Origin: Callorhinchus milii
Taxonomy: Eukaryota
NCBI RefSeq assembly: GCF_018977255.1
Contig: NW_024704742.1
Location: forward strand, 80,416,001-80,480,000
Direction: 5' to 3'
DNA: 64,000 bases
Part shown: piece by piece, positions 13,606 through 24,290 of the stretch
Position numbering within the stretch: position 1 is the first letter of the stretch
Layout of the letters: each line of letters opens with the position of its first letter
Made by a program: the position numbers and the translations under genes
The notes under the pieces: model-generated
Told to the model about the DNA's origin: nothing
Databases searched by the model: none
What the model saw: only the letters and a program-made list of their open reading frames with translations

Positions 13606-14242
13606 ATGCTGAAACTCTGGTCCACGCCTTCATCACCTCAAGGCTGGACTATGGGAACTCTCTCCTCGCCGGCCTTCCCGGCACCTCCCTCCACAAGCTG
13701 CAGGTCATTCAGAACTCTGCAGCTCGTGTACTGTCCCGCACCAGGCTTTGCGACCACATCACTCCCACCCTCGCTCGCCTCCACTGGCTCCCCATCCCCC
13801 AGAGGATCGAATTCAAGATCCTCATCCTCACCTACAAGGCCATTCACGGCCTTGCTCCCTCCTACCTCTCCGACCTACTATCCCCCTACTTACCTGCCCG
13901 TACCCTCCGTTTCTCTGGCTCGGGTCTGCTCCATATCCCCCGCCCCAACCGCCCTACCATCGTTGGTCGGGCCTTCAGCCTCTCAGCCCCTAGGCTCTGG
14001 ATCTCCATCCCCCAGTGCCTTCGCCTTGCCTCCTCCCTTTCCTCCAAGGCCGGTCTCAAGACCTTTCTCTTCGACCGTGCCTTCAGCTCCCCTCACGACT
14101 CTCTACCCCTCCTCGCTTCCTCCCTTCCCTCCCCTCACCCTGACCATTTCCCCCCTGCTCAGGTCCCGATCCAACTATCCAGCGCCTTGGGACGTCCTCC
14201 CGACCTGAAAGGCGCTCTATAAATGAAATCTTGTTGTTGTTG
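13606..14242 (+). mobile_element. L2 LINE 3' fragment
   Basis: ORF2 C-terminus (cacgccttcatcacctcaaggctggactat, cagaactctgcagct), tail gggacgtcctcccgacctgaaaggcgct plus (TTG)n. Confidence 0.93.
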
Positions 14243-14726
14243 TACGTTCGGTTACTTTTTCAATTCTATTTCAAATTGAATATAGCTTTATTAAGTCCCC
14301 TCTGAGATGTCTCCTTTTTAGACTGAATAAGACTATATTACCTAATCATTGCTCAAAGTGCATTACTCTGTTACTGGGGATCACCCTCATTATCATTATC
14401 GTTGCTGTCCTCTGTATTACCTCTAGGACCTGAGCAGCCTTCTTATCCACCACTCCAGGTGTGGTCTAACAAGAGCACTGTAAAGATCGAGTAAGTTGTG
14501 TTCTCCATAATCCTTTTAAAAAAATGTGCTTCCAAACTAACAATTTATGCATTTACCATATTCCTGTGAAATCTTAGCTGTTAAGGCAAAATATTCTTAC
14601 AGAGTTAAAACTGCCTGTTATTTGGGCTAAATAAAACGCAAAATATTGTAGATGCTGGAAATCTGAAACAAAAACAACGTCGTTGGGAACACTCAGCAGG
14701 TCAGGCAGCATCTATGGAGAAAGGAA

Positions 14727-14764
14727 AGTCAACGTTTCGGTTCCACGACCCTTCGTCACAACTG
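14727..14764 (-). ncRNA. Degenerate minimal hammerhead ribozyme
   Basis: Minus strand agttGTGACGAagggtcgtggaaccGAAAcgttgact: first core base changed from C to G, and one mismatch in stem II. Confidence 0.6.
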
Positions 14765-15028
14765 GGTGATGTCGGGAGGGAGACATTTTAAGGACAAACA
14801 GAGGGGAGGTGGGGCAAGAAAAACAAAGGCAAAAATGGGGTGGAGGACAGGGGATGATGGGTTAAAAGAGCTGTTAATGATGCAAAACAAAAGAGGGCAG
14901 CAGAGGCTGACCAATAAGAGAAAAGGTGTACAACACACAAAATACTGCAGATGCTGGAATCTGAAACAAAAACAGAAAGAGCTGGGAAAACTCAGCAGGT
15001 CAGGCAGCATCTATGGAGAAAAATAGTG

Positions 15029-15066
15029 AGTCAACGTTTCGGGTCCACGACCCTTCGTCAGAACCT
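15029..15066 (-). ncRNA. Minimal type I hammerhead ribozyme (Penelope type) with intact core
   Basis: Minus strand aggttCTGACGAa-gggtc-gtg-gaccc-GAAAcgtt-gact: CUGANGA box, 5-bp stem II, GAAA, palindromic ACGU in place of stem III, GUU cleavage triplet, short stem I with GU pairs. Confidence 0.78.
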
Positions 15067-15257
15067 GAGAGGAAAGGTTTGTCTGGGACTCAAATGATGT
15101 GCTGCCTCTCCTACGGAGTGTTCCCAGCCATCTCTGTTTTTGTCTGTAATTTGGGCTGCTGATTACATCTCTCCACCTTTCACTATGTACATTGTTACTC
15201 CAGAATACTTACTTTCAAGAACAGTATGCTGTGACACATGGATGGCAAATGAACTGA

Positions 15258-15898
15258 AATAATAATAATAATAATAATCCTTGCACTTGATATAGCACTT
15301 TTCACATCTTCGAGATGTCTCAAAGCTCTTCAGAAAATAATAACAATAATCCTTGCATTTGATATAGCGCTTTTCACGTCGGGAGGACGTCCCAAAGCAC
15401 TTCACAGAACACCCTGTAAAGTGAATTGACTGTATATTTGTGGGCGAACGCGGCAGCCAATTGCGCACAGCAATGTCCCACAAACAGTCGTAGATTGAAA
15501 ATGACCAATTTATTATTGTTTTGTTTTGGAGGGATTATTATTAGGCGTGTGGAGTAAGGAAACTTGCCTAGGGTTTCTCCCTGCCTGGAATTGAACTCAG
15601 GTCTCTCGCTTGAAAAGCGATTGCTCTGCGATTGCTCTAACCACTGAGCTACAGGACTCCTAATATACTCTAAAATGAATTGACTGTATATTTGTGGGTG
15701 AAACACAGCAGCCAATTGTGCACAGCAGTGGCCCACAATAATCGTGGATTGAGAGACCAAAGTATTATATTTTTCTTGAGGGAATATTATCAAGCGTGTG
15801 AAGTAAGGAAACATGCCCATGGTTTTGCCCTGCTGGGAATCAAATCCAGGTCACTTGCTTTCAAGGTGAGTGCTGTAACCACTGAGCTAAGGATTCCA
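15258..15898 (-). mobile_element. Cluster of tRNA/Deu SINEs: isolated tail 15258-15335, full copy ~15337-15660, second copy ~15662-15898
   Basis: Repeated SINE tail, body and head motifs in the same orientation. Confidence 0.9.
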
Positions 15899-17204
15899 CT
15901 TATCTTACCAGCCTGAACCAACCAGATGTCAATGATGCCATTGTCGTACAGGGTGATCGGCAGTTTTGTGAGGGAAGGAAGCGAGGTATTTGATGCAACA
16001 ACAACAAAATTAGATTTGTAAAGCTCCTTTCATGTCGGGAGGACGTTCCAAGATGCTGGACAGACAGAGTTACATACCCATAACAGGAGTAAATTCAGAA
16101 CAAATCTACGGAAACACTACTTCAGTGAGAGAGCAATAAACCTATGGAACAGGCTCCCTAGGAAGACAGTGGAAGCAGAAAATTAGATAGATTTCTGCTA
16201 GAAAATAATATCTCAGGATACAGTGTATAGTTTGGGGCACAACATGTCAAGTGACTGCCAGGATGGTGGAAGGCGAACTAGGTAGACTTGGTCTTTTTTC
16301 ACTTATCAAATTTTTATGTTCTTATAATGAGTAAAGTCAATGGAAAAACAGACAAATCTTCTCTTTGTTTTTGATGCTGTTTTTAATTTGCATGGTTGGT
16401 GGCAAATTTTGGCAGTGAGAGAAGAGAGTTTCTTATGGTGCCTTGGCCAAAATCCCCCATATAAAATTTGTTCATTCACTTGCTTGAATGGGGTACAAAC
16501 AGGACAGAGAGATGGGGAGGTCCTGTGGATGAAAAGATTTGTATGGAAGGCTGAGAATCTTGAAGCCTTTCCATTCTCAGATGAGATCGGACAGACTGAA
16601 AGGTCTTAATCAAGGCTCAGTCTTGGGAGTTGTTGTACAGATTGTGTACTCCAGAGCTGACATACAGAAACTGCTTCAACAGCTCAAACTGGGGACTCCT
16701 CTAAGTACAGCAAAAGGTTTCAGTGCATGTCAAACTCCCAGATGACCAAAGTAAAAGCTCAAGACATCTTCTTGCATGTGATAGATTGTTGTAAAAGACT
16801 CTAAACTAACCCTTAGTATACATTATTTATTTTATGTTGACAATTCCAAATGCACTAATCTTAAAGGTAACATCTCTGTAACTGTATCATTGTATTTTAA
16901 ATCCAGTTTGCACACTTGTAAGTCCTGGCTGCTAAACAAAGGAATCTTATAACCCCCTTAGCAAACTGGGACCCAGTAACATAGTTAGGCTGCTGCCTGA
17001 TCCTTGGGGCAAAAGGGTAGTGTTCTCCACAGCTGAGTGGTCAGCCCCAGTGTGACTGAAAATGATTACCAGGGACAAATGTATGGGCTGGTGATTCCAC
17101 TTGAGCAGAGCTGTCAATGAGAAGGTCCCACTGAAGAATTCCCTATCAAAACAGCATAGGCTTGATGCACTGAATGGCTTCCTTGTGTACTTTTGTTTCT
17201 TTAA

Positions 17205-17560
17205 TTACTACTACTAATAATAATCCTTATATTTGGTTTAATGCCTTTTATGTCACGGAGACATTTCAAGTGCTTCACGTATTCTGTAAAGTGCAGTGAC
17301 TGTGGGTTTGTGGGCAAACACAGCAGCCAATTTGCACACATTAGTGTCCCACAAACAGCCATTAAGTAGGTGACCAATTTTATTGAGGGTGGGGGGAGGT
17401 TGTTGGCCAGGACGCAGAGAGAAAATCCCTTCTCTTTTCACCATAGGACCTTTAACATCCACCTGAACAGGCAGATGGGGCTTCGGTTTAACATCTTATC
17501 CAAAGGACAGCAGCCCTTCAGGAGCACACTAGAGAATTGCATTACAGTGTCAGTTTAGAC
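17205..17560 (-). mobile_element. Older Deu-domain SINE (SacSINE1-like)
   Basis: Deu core plus the longer body ccataggacctttaacatccacctgaacaggcagatgggg, also seen at 845-1000, 40600-40900 and 48310-48700. Confidence 0.75.
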
Positions 17561-17626
17561 TTTATGTGAAGCCCATGTATATAATTACATAATTCTATGA
17601 TTCAAAAGCTAAACTAGAGACGGTAC

Positions 17627-17742
17627 ATATATCCAGTTCAATAAGCATTGCAACTTTGCCTCCATGTATCCGAACTACAATTTTCAGGTATCTGTCTCCA
17701 GCAGCCAGTATACTGTGAGTGTGACTAAGCAGGAGATCACGT
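17627..17742 (-). CDS. Coding exon of unidentified gene: RDLLLSHTHSILAAGDRYLKIVVRIHGGKVAMLIELDI, phase 2 to 1
   Basis: Acceptor ccattgttgcag; open frame continues from 17940-17977; the donor gtaccg is weak. Confidence 0.6.
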
Positions 17743-17939
17743 CTGCAACAATGGATGACAGTATTAATGTCCAACTGTACATCAAATAACAATTTGATCA
17801 CCATTATCTAGTAATCACTCTCCTCTTCCCTCCCAATGACTGAGACACTTATAAAAATAATACTTGCCAGCGCTCAGACATTGATTGCACCGATTTTACA
17901 ATTGGGTAGTTTATTACTGTTCCACATTATCCCACTTAC

Positions 17940-17977
17940 CTCAAAACATCAAGATTAACCCGTATGTTGGAAGTAGC
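17940..17977 (-). CDS. Coding exon of unidentified gene: ATSNIRVNLDVL(R), phase 0 to 2
   Basis: Acceptor cctgttgcaatcag, consensus donor GAG|gtaagt; the only stop-free frame is the one that joins the next exon. Confidence 0.65.
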
Positions 17978-19396
17978 CTGATTGCAACAGGACACAAAAA
18001 AAAATGTTCAGGATTATAATTGCAGCAATGTATTTTATGATAATATTTAACAATGTGCACAATCTTCTTTACAATTGTCACATTTTAATGGAATACAATT
18101 TCTCCTGCAGCAGTAAATGGATCTTCTCAGCCACTAGCATTCACAGTGCTGTTGTACGTCTAACCTCACAGACAATAAACCTTCAAGCTACCCATTCTGT
18201 ACGTGTCACAAAGTCTTTTGTAAGGTGGATATTACCACATGGACCAGCAGATTGTGTAGTAAAATAAACAAGTTCAGTTACAGCCAATTATAACCACAAA
18301 ACGTTTTCTAAAGACAGACACTAATGAACATAATTAAAGTGCAATGATGGATTGCAAATAGTCCGTAAAAAGCTCAATTGCTCGGCTCACACTCAAATTC
18401 CCACACATTGTAAATGAACATGCTTCTGTGCTGGAAATTACATGGGAAGAATTCTAACGTTGAAACTGAACCTGCAAAGTCAATGGATGAACTGCCCTCC
18501 TTCTCTGCTGTGAACTTTATATGGCTCTATGAATATGTGAACGATCTATTTTGAGGTTTGCAGATGAGCACTGTAAAATGAGTTCTCTAGCTCTGCTGTG
18601 AAATCGATTGGAATCCAGGATTCATTGAAAACCTCATCTTGTTGTCTTCAGGGAGAAAGTGGACTCCTGTGAGCTGTCCCATGACTTCAAAGGTATTTGT
18701 CTGCAGTATTATTAGCATCACATTTTATGTTCCAGATATTCAGTGTAATTTCCAACATCATCAAATTATAATATTATGAAACTTATTCGGTGAAACCAGA
18801 TTTTCTAGATAATTTTCTAGAAGAAATTCAATTTATCTGATCAAACCTTTCAAAAGAAACAATGTGCCCTTCATCTTGTAACTAGTGCTGGATTTTGCTG
18901 CTCTCTTAACCTTAGGTGGGATGCATAGAAATCTCAGTTTGGTTTAGATCGAGAAGACGTGAAAAGCGCAATATCAAATGCAAGGATTATTATTATTATT
19001 ATTATCGTTTACTCAAATGTCAGAACCCCAAATGACCAAATTAATAGAGCTTTTTTGGGGTGATATTCTGGAAATCCTTTTAATTTTTTTTTACTCACAG
19101 AGTTTCTGGGATGTGGAATGCCCTGCCTAGTTGAATGCTCCTAGACACTGCCCCGCGTGAAGGGCACTATATAAATGCGAGTTGTTGTTGCTGTGGTAGA
19201 GGCAGATTCCATTGTGGATTTTGAAAGGGAGGTAGGCAATAGGTATATGAAAGATGGAGGCTTGAAAGAGTATGGGATAACTCATGCCAGTGAATTGCTG
19301 TGTGCAAATTGCCCAACAAAAATCAAAATGCCAATGATGTGTAAAGAAAATGAAACATTAAGTCCTGCTATGTTCGCTGTCATTGAGCTTACTCAC

Positions 19397-19436
19397 TCAG
19401 AGCAGCTGGTATGCACAATAAAATTTACCTGGATTA
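19397..19436 (-). CDS. Candidate exon (V)IQVNFIVHTSCS(E); an alternative donor gives an 8-nt micro-exon at 19429-19436
   Basis: Strong acceptor gtttggtttctgcag; two possible donors, CAG|gtaaat and TGA|gtgagt. Confidence 0.45.
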
Positions 19437-20584
19437 CTGCAGAAACCAAACATATTGAAGTGCATACTCAACAGTGAAAGAAAAAGAGCCTTATAATGTA
19501 ATGCAATGTCATGAGCTCAAGATTTACTCTCAAGCCACTTATTTGTTTTCCAAAAGTTTGCCTTCTCTTCAAAATAATTGAAATATGCAGTTGTGGGCAG
19601 ACCAATGTCTAAATGTTGGAGAAATCTTTTATGGCTGTCTATCGGATACTTAGAAATGTAATTGGCAATAAACGCGCTTCTGTCTCTTGACTGACAACAT
19701 CAAATTGACGTGCTTTAAGAAAGAAGAGCTCCTGCCTCTCAATGTGTCATCAATGTGGTGCTTAGGGCTTATACATTAGTACTGGCAGAGCACCTGTCTG
19801 TGAGCTGTGACAGTGGTTTGCTGGAGAAATTGATTAAGCATTAAGTTTCTGTCTAGGAGTTATATTGTGATGCTTAAATTAGGCTGAATATTGCCAATGC
19901 ACAATACGTCAAATAAAAGCGCCTGTCACTGCCAGCAGTCAGTGATAGCCTGTCTATGCATGGCTAACGGGAACATTGCAAAGAGATGCAATTCATTCTT
20001 CAAGGACTTGATCAAAATTTTACTTTACTATTTATCCAAGAGTAAAAGCACTACTTAATTATAATAATCCTTGCATTTGGTATAATGCCTTATTGTTATC
20101 AGAAAGATGTCTCCAAGCGTTTCACAGGAATTATTGTGAAATGGAGTTAACGTGTGTATTTTGTAGGCAAACCAGCAACATAATAGCGTACAGCATTGTC
20201 CCACAAACAAACATGAAACAAGTGACCAATTTTATTTGGGGGATTGTTGGCCAGAATACCAGGAGAGTCGCCCTTCTCGTTTTTAAATAGCATACATATT
20301 TAAATAGGTGCTCTGCCAGTGCTAATGTATATGCCCTAAGCAACACATCGGTGACACATTGAAAGGCAGCAGCTCTTCTTTTTTAAAGCACATCGATTTG
20401 ATATTGTCAGTCAGACAATAATTAACACATACAGATCTGATCAGAGTGATGATATGGCTCTGATCATGATTAAGAATTGTATTAAATCAGCTACATTTAA
20501 CCTTGAATCAGTAAGCCAATTGACTATTCTGAACTCAACACCAGATGTTAGATTTTATAATTCTGAATGTGTTGATATCCTTAC

Positions 20585-20644
20585 CATCTCCTTGGTAGCA
20601 CATCTCTTTTGTAGCACTACACTGACAAATCCAGGTTGCTCTAT
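20585..20644 (-). CDS. Candidate exon (D)RATWICQCSATKEMCYQGD, phase 1 to 1
   Basis: Acceptor ggttttcacag, donor ATG|gtaagg, 60 nt, in frame with 23112-23341. Confidence 0.5.
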
Positions 20645-22532
20645 CTGTGAAAACCTGTGATTGCTTTTACTGAGAGAAGCCATTCAATTGTATTACTGCA
20701 ACTGAATGGGATGCAGGCAGACATAATTAATCAGGCATCTTGTAACCTTGAAATTGTGGTACAGTTTATTTGCATCAGAAGTGCTGGATAATTTATTTCA
20801 GAGTGGGTTTCTGATATTTAAGGATATTGCAGTTCTGTGCAAAGATCTTTCTTGTTTATTCTCAAAATGAAAATTCCATAAATGGAAGAATTAACATCAA
20901 AAGATGATCGAAAGAAAAATGGAAGTTTCAGTCAATCCTAATGCCTTCAGTCAACTCTATTGCCTTTGATGAGAATCAGTTATTATAAGGATTATTAGAT
21001 ATTTCAATGAAAGTATAATATTCTGTTTGTGGTGGATTTAGCTTAGATAATGTATCAGAGAAACAGCTTTTGCTCCAGAGTGCATATAATTCTGATGTCA
21101 ATTTTGTCATATTTCTTAAAGCATGTCTTAACTTATTTAACATTAACTTTAAGCAATTGCAACCCTTAAAATATGTGTCCCCTTGTTCTGCTTTTTTGCT
21201 GCATCCAAAAGTATTGTTCCGAGTTCACTTTCTGAATCCAATTTAAACCTCCAAGTCCACCTTGACTTACTGTAGACTTGCATTTCCACTTCTCTCTATG
21301 CAGACCCTTGTTTAATTGTGTTTAAGATGCAAAATAGAAAAAAAAGCATACGGATGCGGGGAAAGAAACGTGTGTATATGTCTGATGGGGAGAGAGAAAA
21401 TAAAAATAAAAAGATGATCAAAAGATAAATGGAACCTTGAGTCAATCCTATTGTGTGTGTATTGAGAATCAGTTATTATTACTAGTTTCATCAGGATAAT
21501 TAGATATTTCAATGAAACTATACTTAAGCTACACCGAACAGGATGAGGAGAAAGATGGGAACACGGAGTTAGGAAATAGCATCATTATGATAAAGCTTAA
21601 AATAATACTAGGAGATCCAGGGAGACAAATGACAGAAGTTTTGAAACCTCTCCTTTGGATTTAGAAAGGTAGCCAGAGCAGAGCTGGTGCAGCATCAAAA
21701 TGTAATGTTTTGCTTGTTCCATGTTAATTGACCCTGAATCTGTACCAATGATGTTGTTTTTGCCAATCATTACCAACAGTTTCTAAGTTAATGCCAATGT
21801 TGTGCTTTCAAAACACATCTTCTCTCTACATTTTCATTTCCTTTGATTATGTTCTTAGGAACATAGGAAATGTTAAGACGATAAAAACAAGGTCCATCTA
21901 GTTGGTGCCTTCCACTATCCTTGTAATCGCATGCACATGCCAAGTCCCAAACTGCATACTGTGTCCATAAATATTATTTCCTAAAATAAATCTATCGAAT
22001 TTGTATTTGAAAAAATCGGCATTTTCTGTTTCTACAGTCTTCCTAGGAAGTCTGTTCCAAAGATAATAATATTAATAATCCTTGCATTTGATATAATGCC
22101 TTATCACATCGTTGAGATGTCTCAAAGCTCTTCACAGAATATACTATAAAGAGAATTGACTGTATATTTTGATCATCTATATTGTAAACTAAATTACTTA
22201 ACCTGCAATGATTTCTCTGGTGTCCTAGCAAACAATCCCCCAAATAAAATTGGTCATTCACTATGTTATTATTATTATCCTTGCATTTGATATAGCGCTT
22301 TTCACATTTTCTGGACGTCTCAAAGTGCTTCACAGAATATACTGTAAAGCTAATTGACTATTTATTATTTATTATTTATTTATTATTATTTATGTGGCTA
22401 TTTATGGGACATTGCTGTCTGCAAATTGGCTTCTCTTTTCGAATAGTACCATGGGATCTTTAACATTTATCTAAACAGCCAGATGGGAACTCAATTTAAC
22501 TTCTCATCCAATTCAGATATCATATTTTTTTT

Positions 22533-22890
22533 TAATAATAATAATCCTTGCATTTGATATAGTGCCTTATCACATCTTCGAGATATCTCAGAGCGCCTCA
22601 CAGAATATACTGTGAAGTGAATTGACTGTATAGTTTGTGGGTGAAAAGTGACAGCCAATTACGCACAGCAGTGTCCCACAAACAGTCGAGGATTGAGTAA
22701 CCAAATTATTTTTATTTACTTTGAAGGGATTATTACCCCTGGAAAAGCGATCCGCCAATTGACTAACAACCAGGTTCCTACTTACTGCTTGGTAAACAGA
22801 GGAATGTGGAGTAGGGAAGATTGCCGGGAATCAAACCGAGGTCCTCCCGCTTGCGAGGCAAGTGCTCTAACCACAAAAATACAGGATTCC
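22533..22890 (-). mobile_element. tRNA/Deu SINE, long variant
   Basis: SINE with an extra internal segment (gcgatccgccaattgactaacaac, ggtaaacagagg). Confidence 0.85.
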
Positions 22891-23111
22891 CCTTTTTAAT
22901 CTTGTCTGAATTGCTTAATTAATATTTCAGGGAGCATTTATTTTTTATTCAAATATTTAGCTGCATTGTATTTTCAATTATGTAAAGAGTAGTCAATCAT
23001 ATGTATAGTCTCTGTGTATGCAGGTGGCTGGAGGCTTTGGTTTCAATCACTTGAAGCGATCTAAAATTGAAAAACAAGGTTACTGAAGAAAAAAGATGGT
23101 CATTGTTTTAC

Positions 23112-23341
23112 CTAAGAATGAAGCCTTCCCAAGGTCATTTATCATTTCTGCCTTTTCTGCAAATATCATCGTCAGGAGGAATCGTGGATATTTTAAGTTA
23201 GAAATGTGCAGGGAAAAGACACACTTGTTTTCTGCAAGTCTAGAGGGATGTATTGCAAATTGGTTCAGTCTCATTCCCTGTGTGGTGTGTGCTATTTTCA
23301 GAATCATTTTCTCTGCCAAGCCAACATTTGTGTGGAAATGT
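23112..23341 (-). CDS. Coding exon of unidentified gene: HFHTNVGLAEKMILKIAHTTQGMRLNQFAIHPSRLAENKCVFSLHISNLKYPRFLLTMIFAEKAEMINDLGKASFL, phase 2 to 1
   Basis: Acceptor ttttgtatgttttcaaag, donor TAG|gtaaaa, 230 nt stop-free unique sequence, phase matches 34660-34773. Confidence 0.72.
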
Positions 23342-23476
23342 CTTTGAAAACATACAAAATAGCAATTGGCAAAATAGTATATCTGAACTATCCGTCATTT
23401 GTATAATTCAAAGGCTATTTTAAAAAATAGACTGTGGTGAAATTTGGGAATTTAATGCAAACACAATCTGTGCGGC

Positions 23477-23910
23477 AACAAAAACAAAATTACATTCATA
23501 GAGCGCCGTCCCAAAGCGCTGAACAGTCAGGTTTTGGGGCCCGAGCATGGGGGAGGGGTGGTGTAGCGGTGAGGGAAGGCAGAGAGGTGGGAGGAAGATG
23601 AAATGCACGGTCGAAGAGAAGGGTCTTGAGCCCGGCCTTGAAGGAGGCAAGGGAGGAAGCGAGGGGAAGGGACCATGGGATGGAGTTCCAGAGTGTGGGG
23701 GCAGAGAGGCTGAAAGCCCGGCCACCGATGGTAGGGCGGGTCGGCGGGAGATATGGAGCAGACCGGAGCCCAATGAACGGAGAGAGTGGGCAGGTTGGTA
23801 GGGAGTCAGCAGGTCAGAGAAGTAGGAGGGGGCAAGGCCATGGATGGCCTTAAAGGTGAGGATGAGGATCTTGAACTCAATCCTCTGGGGGATGGGGAGC
23901 CAGTGGAGTC
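23477..23910 (-). mobile_element. L2 LINE 3' fragment
   Basis: Reverse complement of the L2 sequence at 13780-14240. Confidence 0.9.
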
Positions 23911-23964
23911 GGCATTTTGCAAAGCTTTCATATTTTATTCCTTAAGTATCGTTGGCATTAACTT

Positions 23965-24290
23965 ATAGCGCAGATTCACCAGAATGGTGTGGAGGAGGTT
24001 AAATTGTAAGGCTAGGTTGCGTCAATTTGGTTTGTATTCTCTGAAGTTCAGAAGGATGAGGGGTGATCTAACTGACATGTTTAAAATGATAAAGGACTTG
24101 ATAGAGTAGATAAAGAGAACCCATTTCCTCTGGTGAGGGAATTCAGAACTAGGGGGCATCATCTTAAAAATAAAGCTAGGCTAGTTAAGAGTGAAGCCAG
24201 AAAATATTTGTTTTACACAACAGGTTGTGGAAATCTGGAAGCTAGAATGGTGGAACAGGCTTGAGGGGCTGAATGGCCTATTACTGTTTC
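23965..24290 (+). mobile_element. CR1 LINE 3' fragment
   Basis: agattcaccagaatg, agaaggatgaggggtgatct, gggctgaatggcct. Confidence 0.8.

Larger units (their letters stand above)
14629..15143 (-). mobile_element. Penelope-like element remnant: two tandem pseudo-LTRs plus an inverted partial copy, flanked by a 14-bp direct repeat
   Basis: Direct repeats ~14638-14765 and ~14937-15064, each with a hammerhead motif; inverted partial copy ~15100-15143; flanks ctgttatttgggct (14615-14628) and ctgtaatttgggct (15144-15157). No RT or GIY-YIG coding sequence seen. Confidence 0.8.

Noticed and set aside
13606..14208. 200-aa Pro/Ser-rich ORF
   Set aside because: Alternative frame of C-rich L2 sequence.
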